Below are positions 19,680 through 30,494 of a DNA stretch of 64,000 nucleotides, piece by piece. Made by a program: the position numbers and the translations under genes. The first letter of the stretch is position 1; each line of letters opens with the position of its first letter. The DNA comes from an uncultured delta proteobacterium. Its GTDB lineage: Bacteria > Desulfobacterota > Desulfomonilia > UBA1062. Location: positions 78,351 to 142,350 of the forward strand of contig CAWKAM010000001.1 in the NCBI GenBank assembly GCA_963847605.1. The letters run 5' to 3'. The notes under the pieces are model-generated. The model was not told the DNA's origin and made no database searches. It saw nothing but the letters and a program-made list of their open reading frames with translations.

Positions 19680-20975
19680 GTGTTTGAAGCCTTGTATAAG
19701 AGGCCCTGTTGCGCTATAGCCTTTTATGCCGTGAATAGACCCGAGATCCTTGCCCCTGCGGGCAGCATGGAGACCCTTAAGACTGCCTGTATCTATGGCG
19801 CCGATGCCGTATATCTGGGACTTCACGGACCAACAAACCTGAGGGCCTATGCCAAGAATTTCTCCCAAGAGGAGCTTATAGAGGCTGTCTCCTTTGCACA
19901 TGCAAAAGGGGTGAAGGTCTATCTGGCTATTAACACCTATCCCCATGACGACCAGTATGAAGATCTCCCGGATCTGATTCGTTTTGCCACGTATGAGGCC
20001 CTTATCGATGCAGTTATCGTCTCGGATATCGGGGTGTTGTCGTTGGTTAAACGAACGGCCCCTGCACTTCCCATCCATCTGAGCACCCAGGCCAATACCG
20101 TGAGCTCGCGGACTGTCAATGCCTGGGCGGCCCTTGGGGTGAGCAGGATAATCCTGGCCCGAGAGCTCTCTATGAAAGAGATTGCATTTATCAGGGCAAA
20201 GTCAAACATTGAACTCGAGATCTTCATCCATGGCAGTGTGTGCATATCCATCTCCGGAAGATGCCTTATCAGCGACTATCTGTGCGGTCGCGGCGCTAAC
20301 CAGGGCCAGTGCACCCAACCATGCAGATGGGACTATGCCCTTTTGGAGCGAACTCGAAAAGACCACTACATGCGGGTCATAGAAGATGACGGGTTCACCT
20401 CTCTCTACAACTCCAAAGACCTTTGCCTGTTACCTGTATTCGATAGGGTGATGGCCCTGGGTCTGGACGGACTCAAGATCGAGGGCAGGAACAAGGCGCC
20501 CATGTATGTTGCAACAATAGTATCCGTTTATAAAATAGCCAGGGATGAATACCTGATGGACCCTCATGGTTACTCTGTAAAACAAGAATGGATCGAGGAG
20601 ATCGGAAAGGTCAGCAACCGGGAGTACTTTACCGGGTTCTTTACAGGCTTCCCGGACCATAACGGCATCAAGTATGACTTTAAGGGTTACGATCAGACTC
20701 ACCATCTTGCAGCAAAAGTGATCGGCATACAGGGCGGCATGACCCTCATGGAGGCCCGCAATCCGCTGATTGCAGGGATGGAGCTCGAATGGATTGCAGC
20801 GTCCGGTGATAGGCAGACCTTCACGCTGCAGGGCGCCTTCAGTGAGGGACTCCCCGTTGATCGCATCAGGCCGAACCAGGTATTTTCCCTGAAGACCTCC
20901 TTCGTCCCCGTCCCGGGGGAACTCATCCGCAAGCCCTTCAGCGAGGGTGACAAGATAACCTTCGAGGGGACCTGA
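19680..20975 (+). CDS. U32-family peptidase (collagenase-like / YegQ-type)
   Basis: PEILAPAGS, ADAVYLG and the E..C.C..C region typical of U32. 431 aa. The true start may lie slightly downstream, near VNRPEILAPAG. Confidence 0.85.
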   Translation: MFEALYKRPCCAIAFYAVNRPEILAPAGSMETLKTACIYGADAVYLGLHGPTNLRAYAKNFSQEELIEAVSFAHAKGVKVYLAINTYPHDDQYEDLPDLIRFATYEALIDAVIVSDIGVLSLVKRTAPALPIHLSTQANTVSSRTVNAWAALGVSRIILARELSMKEIAFIRAKSNIELEIFIHGSVCISISGRCLISDYLCGRGANQGQCTQPCRWDYALLERTRKDHYMRVIEDDGFTSLYNSKDLCLLPVFDRVMALGLDGLKIEGRNKAPMYVATIVSVYKIARDEYLMDPHGYSVKQEWIEEIGKVSNREYFTGFFTGFPDHNGIKYDFKGYDQTHHLAAKVIGIQGGMTLMEARNPLIAGMELEWIAASGDRQTFTLQGAFSEGLPVDRIRPNQVFSLKTSFVPVPGELIRKPFSEGDKITFEGT

Positions 20976-22840
20976 TGCCGGCGCGCCTTCTCGACGGCCT
21001 AAACCCCGAGCAGGCACGTGCCGTCCGACATGAGGACGGGCCGCTGCTCATCTTTGCAGGTGCCGGTTCCGGCAAGACAAGGGTTATTGTCCACCGGGTT
21101 GCACACCTTATCTCACAAGGTGTGGATGCAAACCAGATCCTCTGTCTTACCTTTACCAACAAGGCTGCAGGCGAGATGAAGGAACGGTTGCGGTTCCTTC
21201 TGGGGAAGCATGACATTGCGGTCTGGGCAGGGACATTCCATGCCTTCGGCGCATGGATGCTGCGCCGCGAAGCACACCGCATCGGGTATCCGGCCACGTT
21301 TGTCATATACGACGAGGCTGACCAGCGCTCGCTCATCAGCAGGTGTCTCAAGGAATTGAACATCGAGCGAGAAAGGGGATGGGATGCACGCATTGCCTGG
21401 CTCATCAATATGAGCAAGGACACGCTGAGGCGCATTGATGAGATCCCCTTTGATCTACATCTGGACCCTGGGGAGGTGATAAACCTCTATGAGCAGAAAA
21501 AACAGGCATCCGGTGCCTTCGATTTCGCCGACCTCATCTTTCTCCCGGGCCGGATGCTTTCCTCCATGCCGGACCTTGAGGAGCGCTATCATAAGCGCTT
21601 CACCCATATCTTGGTAGATGAGTACCAGGACACCAACATGGCCCAATATAAGCTCCTCATGCATCTGGTAGGACCGGGCAGGAATATATGCGTAGTGGGT
21701 GATGATGACCAGTCCATTTACGGCTGGAGGGGAGCGGATGTCGGGAACATCCTGCGCTTCAAGGACGACTTCCCAGATACTGATGTCGTGACGCTTGAGC
21801 AGAACTACCGATCCACTGAAGATATCCTGAAAGCGGCTTCTTCACTTATTGCCAACAACCGCTACCGGGCACCCAAGACATTACGGTCTGCCTGCGGACC
21901 AGGCAGTGATGTGAGCATAATGGAATATAGTGATGATACCGAAGAGGCGCTCCACACGGCATACAACATCTCACGCCTTATCGATCAAGGGATTAATCCT
22001 TCCGAGATCGGGGTGTTCTACCGGGTCAATGCTCTCTCCAGGGTGCTGGAAGAGTCCTTTGTAAGGCGCTCCATCCCCTATGCCGTCTATGGAGGAATAA
22101 GGTTCTACGAACGTAGAGAGATCAAAGACCTGCTTGCCTATTTGCGCCTCATCGCAAACCCGGCTGATGGAGAGGCCTTTGCAAGAATCATCAACGTTCC
22201 GGCGAGGGGAATGGGAGACAAGAGTCTAGAGTCTGTATTCGGCCTTTCCCGGAAGAGGGGAATCCCGGCCTATAATGCCCTGGAGCAGGCTGTATCAGGA
22301 AAGGTGCTTAAAGGTTCTGCAACCAGGGGCGCCCGGGCCTTCCTTGACATGATAGAAGATATCAAAAGCCAGATTACTGATGTTGATGTGGCGGAGCTGC
22401 TGCATAGGATCGTGGAGGATACGGGATATAAGGAGTACCTTTCTCAGGAATTGGATGGCCAGGACAGGCTCATGAACGTCCGGGAGCTCATTGCAAGCGC
22501 CGCAGATTCAAAAGACTTGAGCTCATATCTCCAGGAAAAGGCCCTGATGACAACCATGGACGCAGCGGGAGGTGAAACGGTCAGTGTCATGACATTGCAT
22601 ATGTCCAAGGGTCTTGAGTTTGACTATGTCTTCATCGTCGGGTGTGAAGAGGGGTTGCTGCCCCATTCAAGGTCTTTTGACACTTCAGAGAATATCGAAG
22701 AAGAGAGGCGTCTCCTGTATGTGGGCATCACCAGGGCCCGCAGGCATGTTGTCCTATCATGGTCACGCGTGAGGGCGCTCTACGGTAGGGAAACATATCA
22801 GATGCCGTCGGGGTTTTTACGCGAGATCTCAACCCCTTAG
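20975..22840 (+). CDS. ATP-dependent DNA helicase, UvrD/PcrA/Rep family
   Basis: Walker A GAGSGKT, helicase motifs (LVDEYQDTN, VVGDDDQSIYGWRGA) and a C-terminal VGITRAR motif. Start overlaps the upstream stop (TGATG). Confidence 0.9.
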   Translation: MPARLLDGLNPEQARAVRHEDGPLLIFAGAGSGKTRVIVHRVAHLISQGVDANQILCLTFTNKAAGEMKERLRFLLGKHDIAVWAGTFHAFGAWMLRREAHRIGYPATFVIYDEADQRSLISRCLKELNIERERGWDARIAWLINMSKDTLRRIDEIPFDLHLDPGEVINLYEQKKQASGAFDFADLIFLPGRMLSSMPDLEERYHKRFTHILVDEYQDTNMAQYKLLMHLVGPGRNICVVGDDDQSIYGWRGADVGNILRFKDDFPDTDVVTLEQNYRSTEDILKAASSLIANNRYRAPKTLRSACGPGSDVSIMEYSDDTEEALHTAYNISRLIDQGINPSEIGVFYRVNALSRVLEESFVRRSIPYAVYGGIRFYERREIKDLLAYLRLIANPADGEAFARIINVPARGMGDKSLESVFGLSRKRGIPAYNALEQAVSGKVLKGSATRGARAFLDMIEDIKSQITDVDVAELLHRIVEDTGYKEYLSQELDGQDRLMNVRELIASAADSKDLSSYLQEKALMTTMDAAGGETVSVMTLHMSKGLEFDYVFIVGCEEGLLPHSRSFDTSENIEEERRLLYVGITRARRHVVLSWSRVRALYGRETYQMPSGFLREISTP

Positions 22841-23400
22841 AACTTCACTTGAGGGGTTTGCTTCTCCTTTTCCGGCACGTTGAAGTACTGGGCCTCTTTC
22901 ACACCGGCCAATGAAGCGAAGAATATTCCAGGGAAAGTCTTTACATAGGAATTGAGCTCACGGACCAGGTCATTGTAGCGTTTGCGTTCTACGGAGATGC
23001 GGTTCTCTGTCCCCTCGAGAGAGTCTTGGAGCTTCATGAAGTTCTCATTGGATTTGAGCTCCGGGTAACGCTCCTGAAGCAGCAGCAGCCGGGAGAGTGC
23101 CTGCTCTACATCACCTGCAGCCTTGGCCTTTCCTGCCACATCCTGGGCGGAAAAATAGGCCTTCCTTGCCTCAGCGATCCCTAAGAATATAGTTTTTTCC
23201 TGAGTGGCAAAACCCTTGACCGTTTCCACCAGGTTCGGGATGAGGTCAAAACGGCGCTTAAGCTGGTTTTCCACCTGTGCCCACTGCGCAGTTACCGCCT
23301 CATTCATGCGGCGGGCCTTGTTGAACCCTGATATGGAAAAACCTGCGATAAGGATGAGAATGACAACGATCCCGATGATCACCTGAGCGGTCTTGCCCAT
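22837..23400 (-). CDS. lemA: LemA-family membrane protein
   Basis: N-terminal TM segment, then the NEAVTAQWAQVENQLKRRFDLIPNLVETVKG LemA signature. Confidence 0.85.
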   Translation of the reverse strand: MGKTAQVIIGIVVILILIAGFSISGFNKARRMNEAVTAQWAQVENQLKRRFDLIPNLVETVKGFATQEKTIFLGIAEARKAYFSAQDVAGKAKAAGDVEQALSRLLLLQERYPELKSNENFMKLQDSLEGTENRISVERKRYNDLVRELNSYVKTFPGIFFASLAGVKEAQYFNVPEKEKQTPQVKF

Positions 23401-23503
23401 ATAACCTCCTATTTGTTCACGCGCTTGATGCGTTTATACACGAAACGGTTGATAAAGAGTAGCAGCCACATGAAATCTTCCCTGCTGATTGGAATACGAT
23501 GAT

Positions 23504-24256
23504 TCACCACCCGCCTGATGCCCCTCCTCCGCCGAACCCACCGCCTCCCCCGCCGCCGAACGAGCCGAACCCTCCCCCGCCGAAGCCGCCGCCTGATCCC
23601 CCGCGGCCGCCTAAGAGTGTACCGAGGAGAATCGCCTGCATGAGGCCCCCGGAACGGGAACGAGATAATAATGAGAGGATCGTAACGAAGAGGATAAACC
23701 CGAGTAACGCCCCTCCAGGCAGGCCTCTGGCGCGCCTTGCCGGCTGCTTTACCTCAGGCAGTCCGCTGAGTTTCACGCCTTGGGCATCGGCAATGGTGCG
23801 TGCGATAACGGATGTAGTATCTATGACACCTTTTGAATAATCACCGGCCTTGAATGCCGGGACGAGATACGTTCTCCCGATGCTCCCCAGCAGGCTGTCG
23901 GGCAAAATTTGCTCCAAACCGTACCCTGTTTCGAACCGGTATTTCCTGTCATTCACGGCAATGACCATGAGCAGGCCGTTGTCCTTTCCTTTCTGACCCA
24001 AACCCCACATCTGAGCCTGTTGGATGGTGAATTGCTCTATAGGAATGCCTTCCGTGCTGGGGACCGTAAGGACAATCATCTGGACAGTCGTCTTCTGCTC
24101 CAATTCCTGGAGTACCCCGGCCAGCCTTGTTCTGGCGCCCTCCTCAATAATACCGGCATTATCGACCACGTATGATGCAGGCTGCTCAATTGCCGCATCG
24201 GCAACGAAGGGAAAGAGTATGCATGCAAGAAGGAAGAACTTAAACAGCCAGTTCAT
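23504..24256 (-). CDS. TPM-domain (YgcG-like) protein with a TM segment and a Gly-rich C-terminal tail
   Basis: Signal peptide MNWLFKFFLLACILFPFVADA, a TPM phosphatase-like core, then a TM segment and a GGRGGSGGGFGGGGFGSFGGGGGGGFGGGG tail. The ORF-track start at 24277 is an upstream extension. Classic partner of LemA. Confidence 0.8.
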   Translation of the reverse strand: MNWLFKFFLLACILFPFVADAAIEQPASYVVDNAGIIEEGARTRLAGVLQELEQKTTVQMIVLTVPSTEGIPIEQFTIQQAQMWGLGQKGKDNGLLMVIAVNDRKYRFETGYGLEQILPDSLLGSIGRTYLVPAFKAGDYSKGVIDTTSVIARTIADAQGVKLSGLPEVKQPARRARGLPGGALLGFILFVTILSLLSRSRSGGLMQAILLGTLLGGRGGSGGGFGGGGFGSFGGGGGGGFGGGGASGGW

Positions 24257-24989
24257 CTGTTGCCATAGAGAGATCATAGGTGATCCTGTAGATTTCTTTA
24301 AAGAGGCTCGATATTTGGTCGCGATCGAGAAAAAATCCCCTGCTCGTCTTCAAGGTGATAATCTCGCGAAGGCCTGATAAGGCTACATGGAAGGCCTCTT
24401 CCGCCTGTGTTAATACGTCCGCCTTCCGGACTGGAGGTTCCTGGCTCTGGACAAGGTACAGCATGGCCCTCAGCAGAGGGAAAAATCCGGGCAATGCCTC
24501 AAAGAGCAGGGCCTTGAGCATTTTTGTCTTACCCTCGCAGGCCACGTAGCCCCGCTGCAGATTAATGAGCTTGCCCTTGAGATCGTGCTCGCACTGCAGA
24601 CGTAGTTGAGCCTTGTCTATTGTGAGGTCGGCAAAGTGGTCCCGACCATGAACCGTCTTGTGAAAATGCTTGATGTCCAGAAATTCAATGGGAAAGACGT
24701 CGAGTGAGCGGGTGATGTAATCTTCGGTCAGAATGAGAGGGCTCCTGATGTGCTTCTTTTTATAGTACGACAGAGATGCGAGGATTTCGAGTTCGGGAAC
24801 GTCGGTCCTGGTGAGCACAAGCACGGAATTGATGTCTGATATTCCGTGGATGTAGTCGCCTGTCAGGCAGCTGCCAACGACAGAGATCGACAGGAGGCTG
24901 GTGGAGAATTTTGCAATAAGTGCTTCCGTAAAAGGCCGAAAGACAGAAGCAGCTTCATGGGGGATACCATTCAGATCTGGATCAGGCAT
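24240..24989 (-). CDS. nucleotidyltransferase-domain protein (Pol-beta superfamily) with a C-terminal helical domain
   Basis: GSCLTGDYIHGISDINSVLVL matches the GS...D.D minimal NTase motif. 249 aa. Overlaps the TPM gene start by ~17 nt. Confidence 0.6.
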   Translation of the reverse strand: MPDPDLNGIPHEAASVFRPFTEALIAKFSTSLLSISVVGSCLTGDYIHGISDINSVLVLTRTDVPELEILASLSYYKKKHIRSPLILTEDYITRSLDVFPIEFLDIKHFHKTVHGRDHFADLTIDKAQLRLQCEHDLKGKLINLQRGYVACEGKTKMLKALLFEALPGFFPLLRAMLYLVQSQEPPVRKADVLTQAEEAFHVALSGLREIITLKTSRGFFLDRDQISSLFKEIYRITYDLSMATDELAV

Positions 24990-25240
24990 TGATAACTCCT
25001 TTGCACGATCATTGTAGCATGCAGGTGTATTCCATCCAAGTATTAAGTCTCCACAGGTTAAATAACTTCTTTGCTTTATATCAACTGGTGATGCTTTATT
25101 TTAAAAAAGCCCATCTAGTAAAATGATATTGTTAGATCGAAGGTAGGTACTCAAAGTCACGCATGGGCTGCCCCATACACAACCTATGCAAAGCGGACGT
25201 ATCTTTGTTGGATATATAATTTCATCCGATGCCTGATTTT

Positions 25241-25311
25241 AAACAAAAAAATAGCCAGAAGAAGTTTAGGTCTTAGGACAAAGCACGAGAGGACTTGTCC
25301 CCTCTTCTGGC
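25241..25311 (-). terminator. terminator-like hairpin plus U-run on the minus strand, ~210 nt downstream of the copA stop
   Basis: Plus-strand GCCAGAAGAAG...CCTCTTCTGGC (11-bp arms, 1 mismatch) preceded by AAACAAAAAAATA. On the minus strand this reads stem-loop then UAUUUUUUUGUUU. Confidence 0.5.
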
Positions 25312-25520
25312 GTAAAGGAGGTCAGAACAACACTTGTTGTGATTTTGTATATGACACAAGTAAAATGATAGGTCAATAAAAAAATGATTTTTGGATCAAA
25401 CATACTATATATTGTAAGCCTTAAACATGTCTTACAGTAAGACATAGCTTTGCCGCGGTTTATTTGCCTGATTATATGAGACTCCTCCCCCCGCAGCCAA
25501 ATACGTGTGAATGGTGTGTG

Positions 25521-27944
25521 CTAGATATTTGCGTTTCTTAGCCGCATGGCATTGGTGATGACGGAGACGGAGCTTAAGCTCATGGCGGCAGCCGCGATCA
25601 TGGGTGACAGGATGATCCCGAAGAAGGGATACAGTATCCCTGCTGCAATGGGCACACAGGCGATGTTGTAGAAAAACGCGAAAAAGAGGTTCTGTTTGAT
25701 ATTGCGCATTGTCGCCTTGCTCAGGAGCCGCGCCCTGGCAATGGCCCTTAAATCACCCTTGATGAGCGTGACATGTGCGCTCTGGATGGCAATATCCGTC
25801 CCTCCTCCCATAGCAATCCCCACGTTCGCCTGTGCAAGGGCCGGGGCGTCATTGATACCGTCTCCGGCCATGGCGACTAGGCGGCCTTGTTCTTGAAAAT
25901 CTTTGATCATGGCCGCCTTTTCTGTTGGTGACACCTCCGGAATGACATGGTGGATGCCTAGTTTCTTGGCGATTACTTCTGCAGAGGTTTTTCTATCGCC
26001 CGTGAGCATGACCAGGTGAAGGCCATCCTGGACAAGCATATGTACTGCAGACGTAGATGTTTCCTTTATGGTATCAGAGACCGCAATGACCCCTTGCGCC
26101 TTGAGATCAACGGCAATGTACATCACGGTAGCACCCTGGCTTGAAAGCTGCTCTGCCTGGGGATGTAACCATCCGGGCTCTATGTGGAGGTCTTCTAACA
26201 GGCGCTCGTTTCCTAATGCAACCCTATAACCATCCACAATACCGGTAATACCTTTACCGATATGGGCGGTGAATTCCGTATGGGAAGTCGGTTGGATCCC
26301 ACGCAAAATGGCAGCCTGTACGATGGCCTGAGACAAGGGATGCTCACTGCCCTTTTCGATGCTTGAGGCCAGATAGAGGAGCTTGTTCTCGTCAAATGTA
26401 CCACTTGGAATAATCGTTTGAAGTGTAGGTTTGCCTTCGGTGAGCGTCCCGGTCTTGTCTATTACCATGGTGTCGACTTTTTCAAGGGACTGGATGGCCT
26501 CGGCATCACGGAAAAGAACACCGAGACGCGCCCCCATGCCTGTGGCTACGAGGATGGACATGGGTGTAGCGAGGCCTAAAGCGCATGGGCAGGCTATGAT
26601 AAGGACCGATACTGCTGATACGATGGCATAGGGTAGCCTGGGCTCCGGCCCTATAATCATCCATAATATAAAAGAGATAAGAGAGACGGCAAAAACCGCA
26701 GGGACAAAATACGAAGCCGCCGTATCGGCAAGTTGTTGGATAGGTGCCCTGCTCCTGCTTGCCTCGATGGTGAGGCGAACGATCTGTGAAAGAAGCGTCT
26801 CGCTGCCAACCTTCTCGGCTTTCATAATAAAAGAGCCGTTCCCATTCACCGTGGCCCCCACAACCTTGTCACCCTTTGATTTTTCCACGGGTATGGGTTC
26901 GCCCGTGATCATGGATTCATCAAGAGCGCTTGCGCCCTCCAGGATAATTCCGTCTACGGGGACCTTTTCACCGGGCCTCACCCTCAACCGGTCACCGTGA
27001 CGGATCATATCAAGTGCGATATCTTCTTCGCTCCCGTCTTCCCTGATGATCCGGGCCGTCTTTGGCGCAAGCCTCAAGAGGGACCTGATAGCCTCACCTG
27101 TGCGGGCTCTCGCTTTGAGCTCAAGTACCTGGCCCAAAAGGACAAGGGTGACGATCATGGCAGAAGCCTCGAAATAAACACCCACAGTCCCCTCTTTGCC
27201 CTTCAGCGTTGCCGGAAAGATATCCGGGAGAAGACTTGCGACAAGGCTGTAGCCAAAAGACACGGCTACGCCGATGCCGATGAGGGTAAACATGTTGAGG
27301 TTCCTTGTTTTCAAAGATACCCAGGAACGAACAAAGAAAGGCCATCCTGCCCAGAGGACCACGGGTGTTGCCATGAGAAGCTCCGTCCATACAAAGGTCT
27401 TTTCGGATGCGATGCCTTCAAAAGGATGGCCCGGCAGCATATGACGCATTGCAATAACTATAAGAGGGATGGTCAATACGAGCCCAAAGAAGAACCGCCT
27501 CTTCATGTCGATATATTCAGGGTTTTCCGTTTCTTCCAAAGAAGGGGCCATAGGCTCGAGAGCCATGCCGCACTTGGGGCAGATGCCCGGTCCGTCGGTG
27601 ATGACCTCCGGGTCCATCGGGCAGGTGTATTTCCCTGGGGCACCTCCCTGCATTATGGTTGGCGGTTGTGTCATAGAGAGGTTCGGACCAGAGAGCTTGG
27701 CAATATATGTTTGAGGGTCATTCTTGAACTTCTCCAGGCATTTGGGATTGCAGAAGTAATATGTTGCCCCCTTATATTCATAGGGAATGTAAGCATCTTT
27801 GTCTGTTGTGCTCATCATGCATACAGGATCAATGAACTCAAGTTGTCCTGATGCGGGGGAGCAATGAGGGCAGCCCTTGAGAGAAGTCTGAATCTGAATT
27901 CCTTTTTCCATGATACCTATGGGCTTGTCTGACGGATTATCCAC
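25521..27944 (-). CDS. copA: copper-translocating P1B-type ATPase with N-terminal YHS/TRASH-like and HMA metal-binding domains
   Basis: CPC transmembrane motif ([13 protein letters not shown]), DKTGTLT phosphorylation site, [10 protein letters not shown] and HP motifs. N-terminus has a YHS-like domain (DPVCMM...[19 protein letters not shown]) and a Cys-rich segment (YTCPMDPEV...CPKCGM). Confidence 0.9.
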   Translation of the reverse strand: MDNPSDKPIGIMEKGIQIQTSLKGCPHCSPASGQLEFIDPVCMMSTTDKDAYIPYEYKGATYYFCNPKCLEKFKNDPQTYIAKLSGPNLSMTQPPTIMQGGAPGKYTCPMDPEVITDGPGICPKCGMALEPMAPSLEETENPEYIDMKRRFFFGLVLTIPLIVIAMRHMLPGHPFEGIASEKTFVWTELLMATPVVLWAGWPFFVRSWVSLKTRNLNMFTLIGIGVAVSFGYSLVASLLPDIFPATLKGKEGTVGVYFEASAMIVTLVLLGQVLELKARARTGEAIRSLLRLAPKTARIIREDGSEEDIALDMIRHGDRLRVRPGEKVPVDGIILEGASALDESMITGEPIPVEKSKGDKVVGATVNGNGSFIMKAEKVGSETLLSQIVRLTIEASRSRAPIQQLADTAASYFVPAVFAVSLISFILWMIIGPEPRLPYAIVSAVSVLIIACPCALGLATPMSILVATGMGARLGVLFRDAEAIQSLEKVDTMVIDKTGTLTEGKPTLQTIIPSGTFDENKLLYLASSIEKGSEHPLSQAIVQAAILRGIQPTSHTEFTAHIGKGITGIVDGYRVALGNERLLEDLHIEPGWLHPQAEQLSSQGATVMYIAVDLKAQGVIAVSDTIKETSTSAVHMLVQDGLHLVMLTGDRKTSAEVIAKKLGIHHVIPEVSPTEKAAMIKDFQEQGRLVAMAGDGINDAPALAQANVGIAMGGGTDIAIQSAHVTLIKGDLRAIARARLLSKATMRNIKQNLFFAFFYNIACVPIAAGILYPFFGIILSPMIAAAAMSLSSVSVITNAMRLRNANI

Positions 27945-28012
27945 TTCATGCCTCCTGACCGGTCTTACACATAAGGCTTGTCGATCTTAGATAAGGCCCG
28001 AGATAAAGGATA

Positions 28013-30367
28013 TCAAGGCCTTATAGAAGACCTTTCCCTGGCCTTATCCTCAACAAACTGGGTCTCGGTTTTGATGATCTCTTCCAGCCTGAGCTTGTCT
28101 TGTGAATAGGTTTCCAGGAGCAGTACTGGTGAAATAGTCCTGCCCTTTCTAAATGCGATTCTCAGGGTATGGGGGCCTGAGTATTCGAGATAATCTGCCA
28201 CAAGCAAAGACTTGCCTTCCTTGATAACACAAGCATCGGAAGGGAGTGTGAGAGAAAAGGGTCTGAGGGTCTTGTAGGTATAGGCTTGTACCTGTTTCAG
28301 GCGGCCCTCAGTGCAGGAGATGACAGATGCGCCCGGCGGCAGGTGGGCATTGATGCGTGAGGAGATCTCCTGGGGTATCAGTGGATGCCTGATTTCTATC
28401 TGGATATATTCGCATTTGGAGGTGATACCATAGGAGGTGGGAGGGATGGTACTTATCTTCATGACAGGGCTGAAGCCCTGGGAGTAGATTGCTTCCAGTC
28501 CGGCTCTCCTGATAGCCCTTCTGACCATCTCCTGGAAATCCCTTGGGGATAAGAACCTCAAACCCTGCTCCTTGGTGATGCCGATTACATAAGGATATAC
28601 ACCATGAGCCGATGGCTCCTGAAAAAGGTGAATGGGTTCCTGCTTTGGGCGAATGATATTGATAAGCTCTTCAGAGCAAACGCCGCAGCCGCTGCATTCC
28701 CCATCCCTACAGTCAACGGTCGGCTTTGCACCATGGGCGCGCATACGCTCAGCGAGTAGGAAGCCCTTTTTAATGCCCATATCTATGAAGTCCCAGGGAA
28801 GCACCTGCTCCCTTCTCCTTTGTGCAAGATATGATGCAGGATCGATCCCCGTTGCCTCAAAGGCCTCGTCCCAGGCATTCTCATGGAGGGTATCACTCCA
28901 TCCGTCCAGATAGGCCCCACGGCGATGTGCTTCCATAAGGACGTGTGAGAGCCGCTCATCGCCACGTGCGAAAACCCCTTCCAAGAAAGACAGCCTCGGG
29001 TCGTGCCATTTGAGGGTGATGCTCCGGTGGCGCAGTTGTTTCTGGAGGCGGTTCAACAACTCTTGGTAGTGGTTGGCGGAGGCCTGTTCTTCCCACTGGA
29101 ACGGGGTAAATGCCTTGGGGATGAAGCAGGAGATGCTGATGGTGAGATTGCCCCGAAAGGCCTTAGAGAGCTTACGGGACAGCGTGCAGATGGCTTCGAT
29201 ATCCGCATCTTCCTCTGAGGGGAGTCCTACCATGAAGTAGAGCTTCAATGATCGCCATCCAAGTTCCCTGATCAGCGATGCGCTCCTGAATAGGTCGTCT
29301 TCGGTGTTGCCTTTGTTGATCACGGCCCTCAACCTCTCTGTGGCAGCCTCGGGTGCCATGGTGAATCCAGGTTTCTTGACCGAGGCAATGAGGTCGGCCA
29401 CCCTGCGGGTGATACCTTCCACCCGCAACGATGGGATACTCACCGAGATCTCTCGGGACGGGCAATGGACCGATTCAATGAGTTCGTTTATATAACTCAA
29501 GTCGGTCATGGAAAGGGCCATCATGGCAACGGTGTCATAACCTGTTGCAGCGAGACCCTGCCGGTAGGACTCCATCACCGATTGGTATGAACGCTCACGA
29601 TAGGGACGGTAGATCATGCCTGCCTGGCAAAAACGGCACCCTCGCGTGCATCCCCTGGCCACCTCCACGCCGATGCGGTCGTGGACGATTCCTATATGGG
29701 GTAAGACAGGAGAACCAGGGAAAGGGAAGAGGTCAAGGTCAGGCAGCACCCTCCTTTTGGGTTTTTCAGTATCACCAGGACGGTATACCCCCTGAATTTC
29801 TGAAAAGGCCTTGACACGCTCCCCCCTGTCTTTCGTTGCCAGACATATCTTTGCCATTTCCTGTACAATCTCCTCGCCGTCGCCGATCACCACAAGGTCA
29901 AGGAAACCCATTACCGGGGCGGGGTTCGCGCAGAATGTGCCGCCGGCGATTACAATGGGATCAATATCGGTTCGTTGTGCTGCTAAAAGAGGGATGCCGG
30001 ACATCTTCAACATGCCGAGCATACTGGTATAGGAGAGTTCATACAGGAGCGAAAATCCTACGATATCAAACTGTGAGAGGGGTCGGCCTTCTTCGAGGCT
30101 CGTAAGGGTGATGTTCTTGCGGAAAAGTTGTTCCGCCAAGTCAGGCCAAGGCGCAAAGACTCTCTGTGCCCAGACGCCGGGCATGCAATTGAGGATGTTA
30201 TAGAGGATCTTGATGCCTGCATGAGACATCCCGATCTCATAGATATCAGGAAAGGCGAGTGCAAAACGCACCTTCACCTCATCATCCGGTTTGATTATCT
30301 GGTTTACTTCGCCTCCTATGTACCGGGAAGGTTTGGTGATGGATTCAAGCAGATCGTGAATGTTCAT
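28013..30367 (-). CDS. large B12-binding-domain radical SAM protein fused to a DUF2344-like C-terminal domain (TIGR03960/TIGR03936-type)
   Basis: 784 aa. Canonical CX3CX2C (ARGCTRGCRFCQAG). N-terminal B12-like Rossmann region. The C-terminal ~200 aa resemble DUF2344. Confidence 0.75.
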   Translation of the reverse strand: MNIHDLLESITKPSRYIGGEVNQIIKPDDEVKVRFALAFPDIYEIGMSHAGIKILYNILNCMPGVWAQRVFAPWPDLAEQLFRKNITLTSLEEGRPLSQFDIVGFSLLYELSYTSMLGMLKMSGIPLLAAQRTDIDPIVIAGGTFCANPAPVMGFLDLVVIGDGEEIVQEMAKICLATKDRGERVKAFSEIQGVYRPGDTEKPKRRVLPDLDLFPFPGSPVLPHIGIVHDRIGVEVARGCTRGCRFCQAGMIYRPYRERSYQSVMESYRQGLAATGYDTVAMMALSMTDLSYINELIESVHCPSREISVSIPSLRVEGITRRVADLIASVKKPGFTMAPEAATERLRAVINKGNTEDDLFRSASLIRELGWRSLKLYFMVGLPSEEDADIEAICTLSRKLSKAFRGNLTISISCFIPKAFTPFQWEEQASANHYQELLNRLQKQLRHRSITLKWHDPRLSFLEGVFARGDERLSHVLMEAHRRGAYLDGWSDTLHENAWDEAFEATGIDPASYLAQRRREQVLPWDFIDMGIKKGFLLAERMRAHGAKPTVDCRDGECSGCGVCSEELINIIRPKQEPIHLFQEPSAHGVYPYVIGITKEQGLRFLSPRDFQEMVRRAIRRAGLEAIYSQGFSPVMKISTIPPTSYGITSKCEYIQIEIRHPLIPQEISSRINAHLPPGASVISCTEGRLKQVQAYTYKTLRPFSLTLPSDACVIKEGKSLLVADYLEYSGPHTLRIAFRKGRTISPVLLLETYSQDKLRLEEIIKTETQFVEDKARERSSIRP

Positions 30368-30494
30368 GTTCCCCCATTTTTAAGTTTCCTAGGGTAGACA
30401 CAGATGTTCTCAAGAGTCAATCCTGCATCAGGACCGCGCATTCATCCTTGCCTGGTCGGACAGGTCGTGATATTGGGGGATACAGGAGAAGGTT

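Noticed and set aside
23499-23840. 113-aa plus-strand ORF rich in proline (PPPPNPPPPPPP...)
   Set aside because: It is the antisense reading of the Gly-rich (GGC/GGA repeats) tail of the minus-strand TPM-domain gene. It has no RBS and is a low-complexity artefact.
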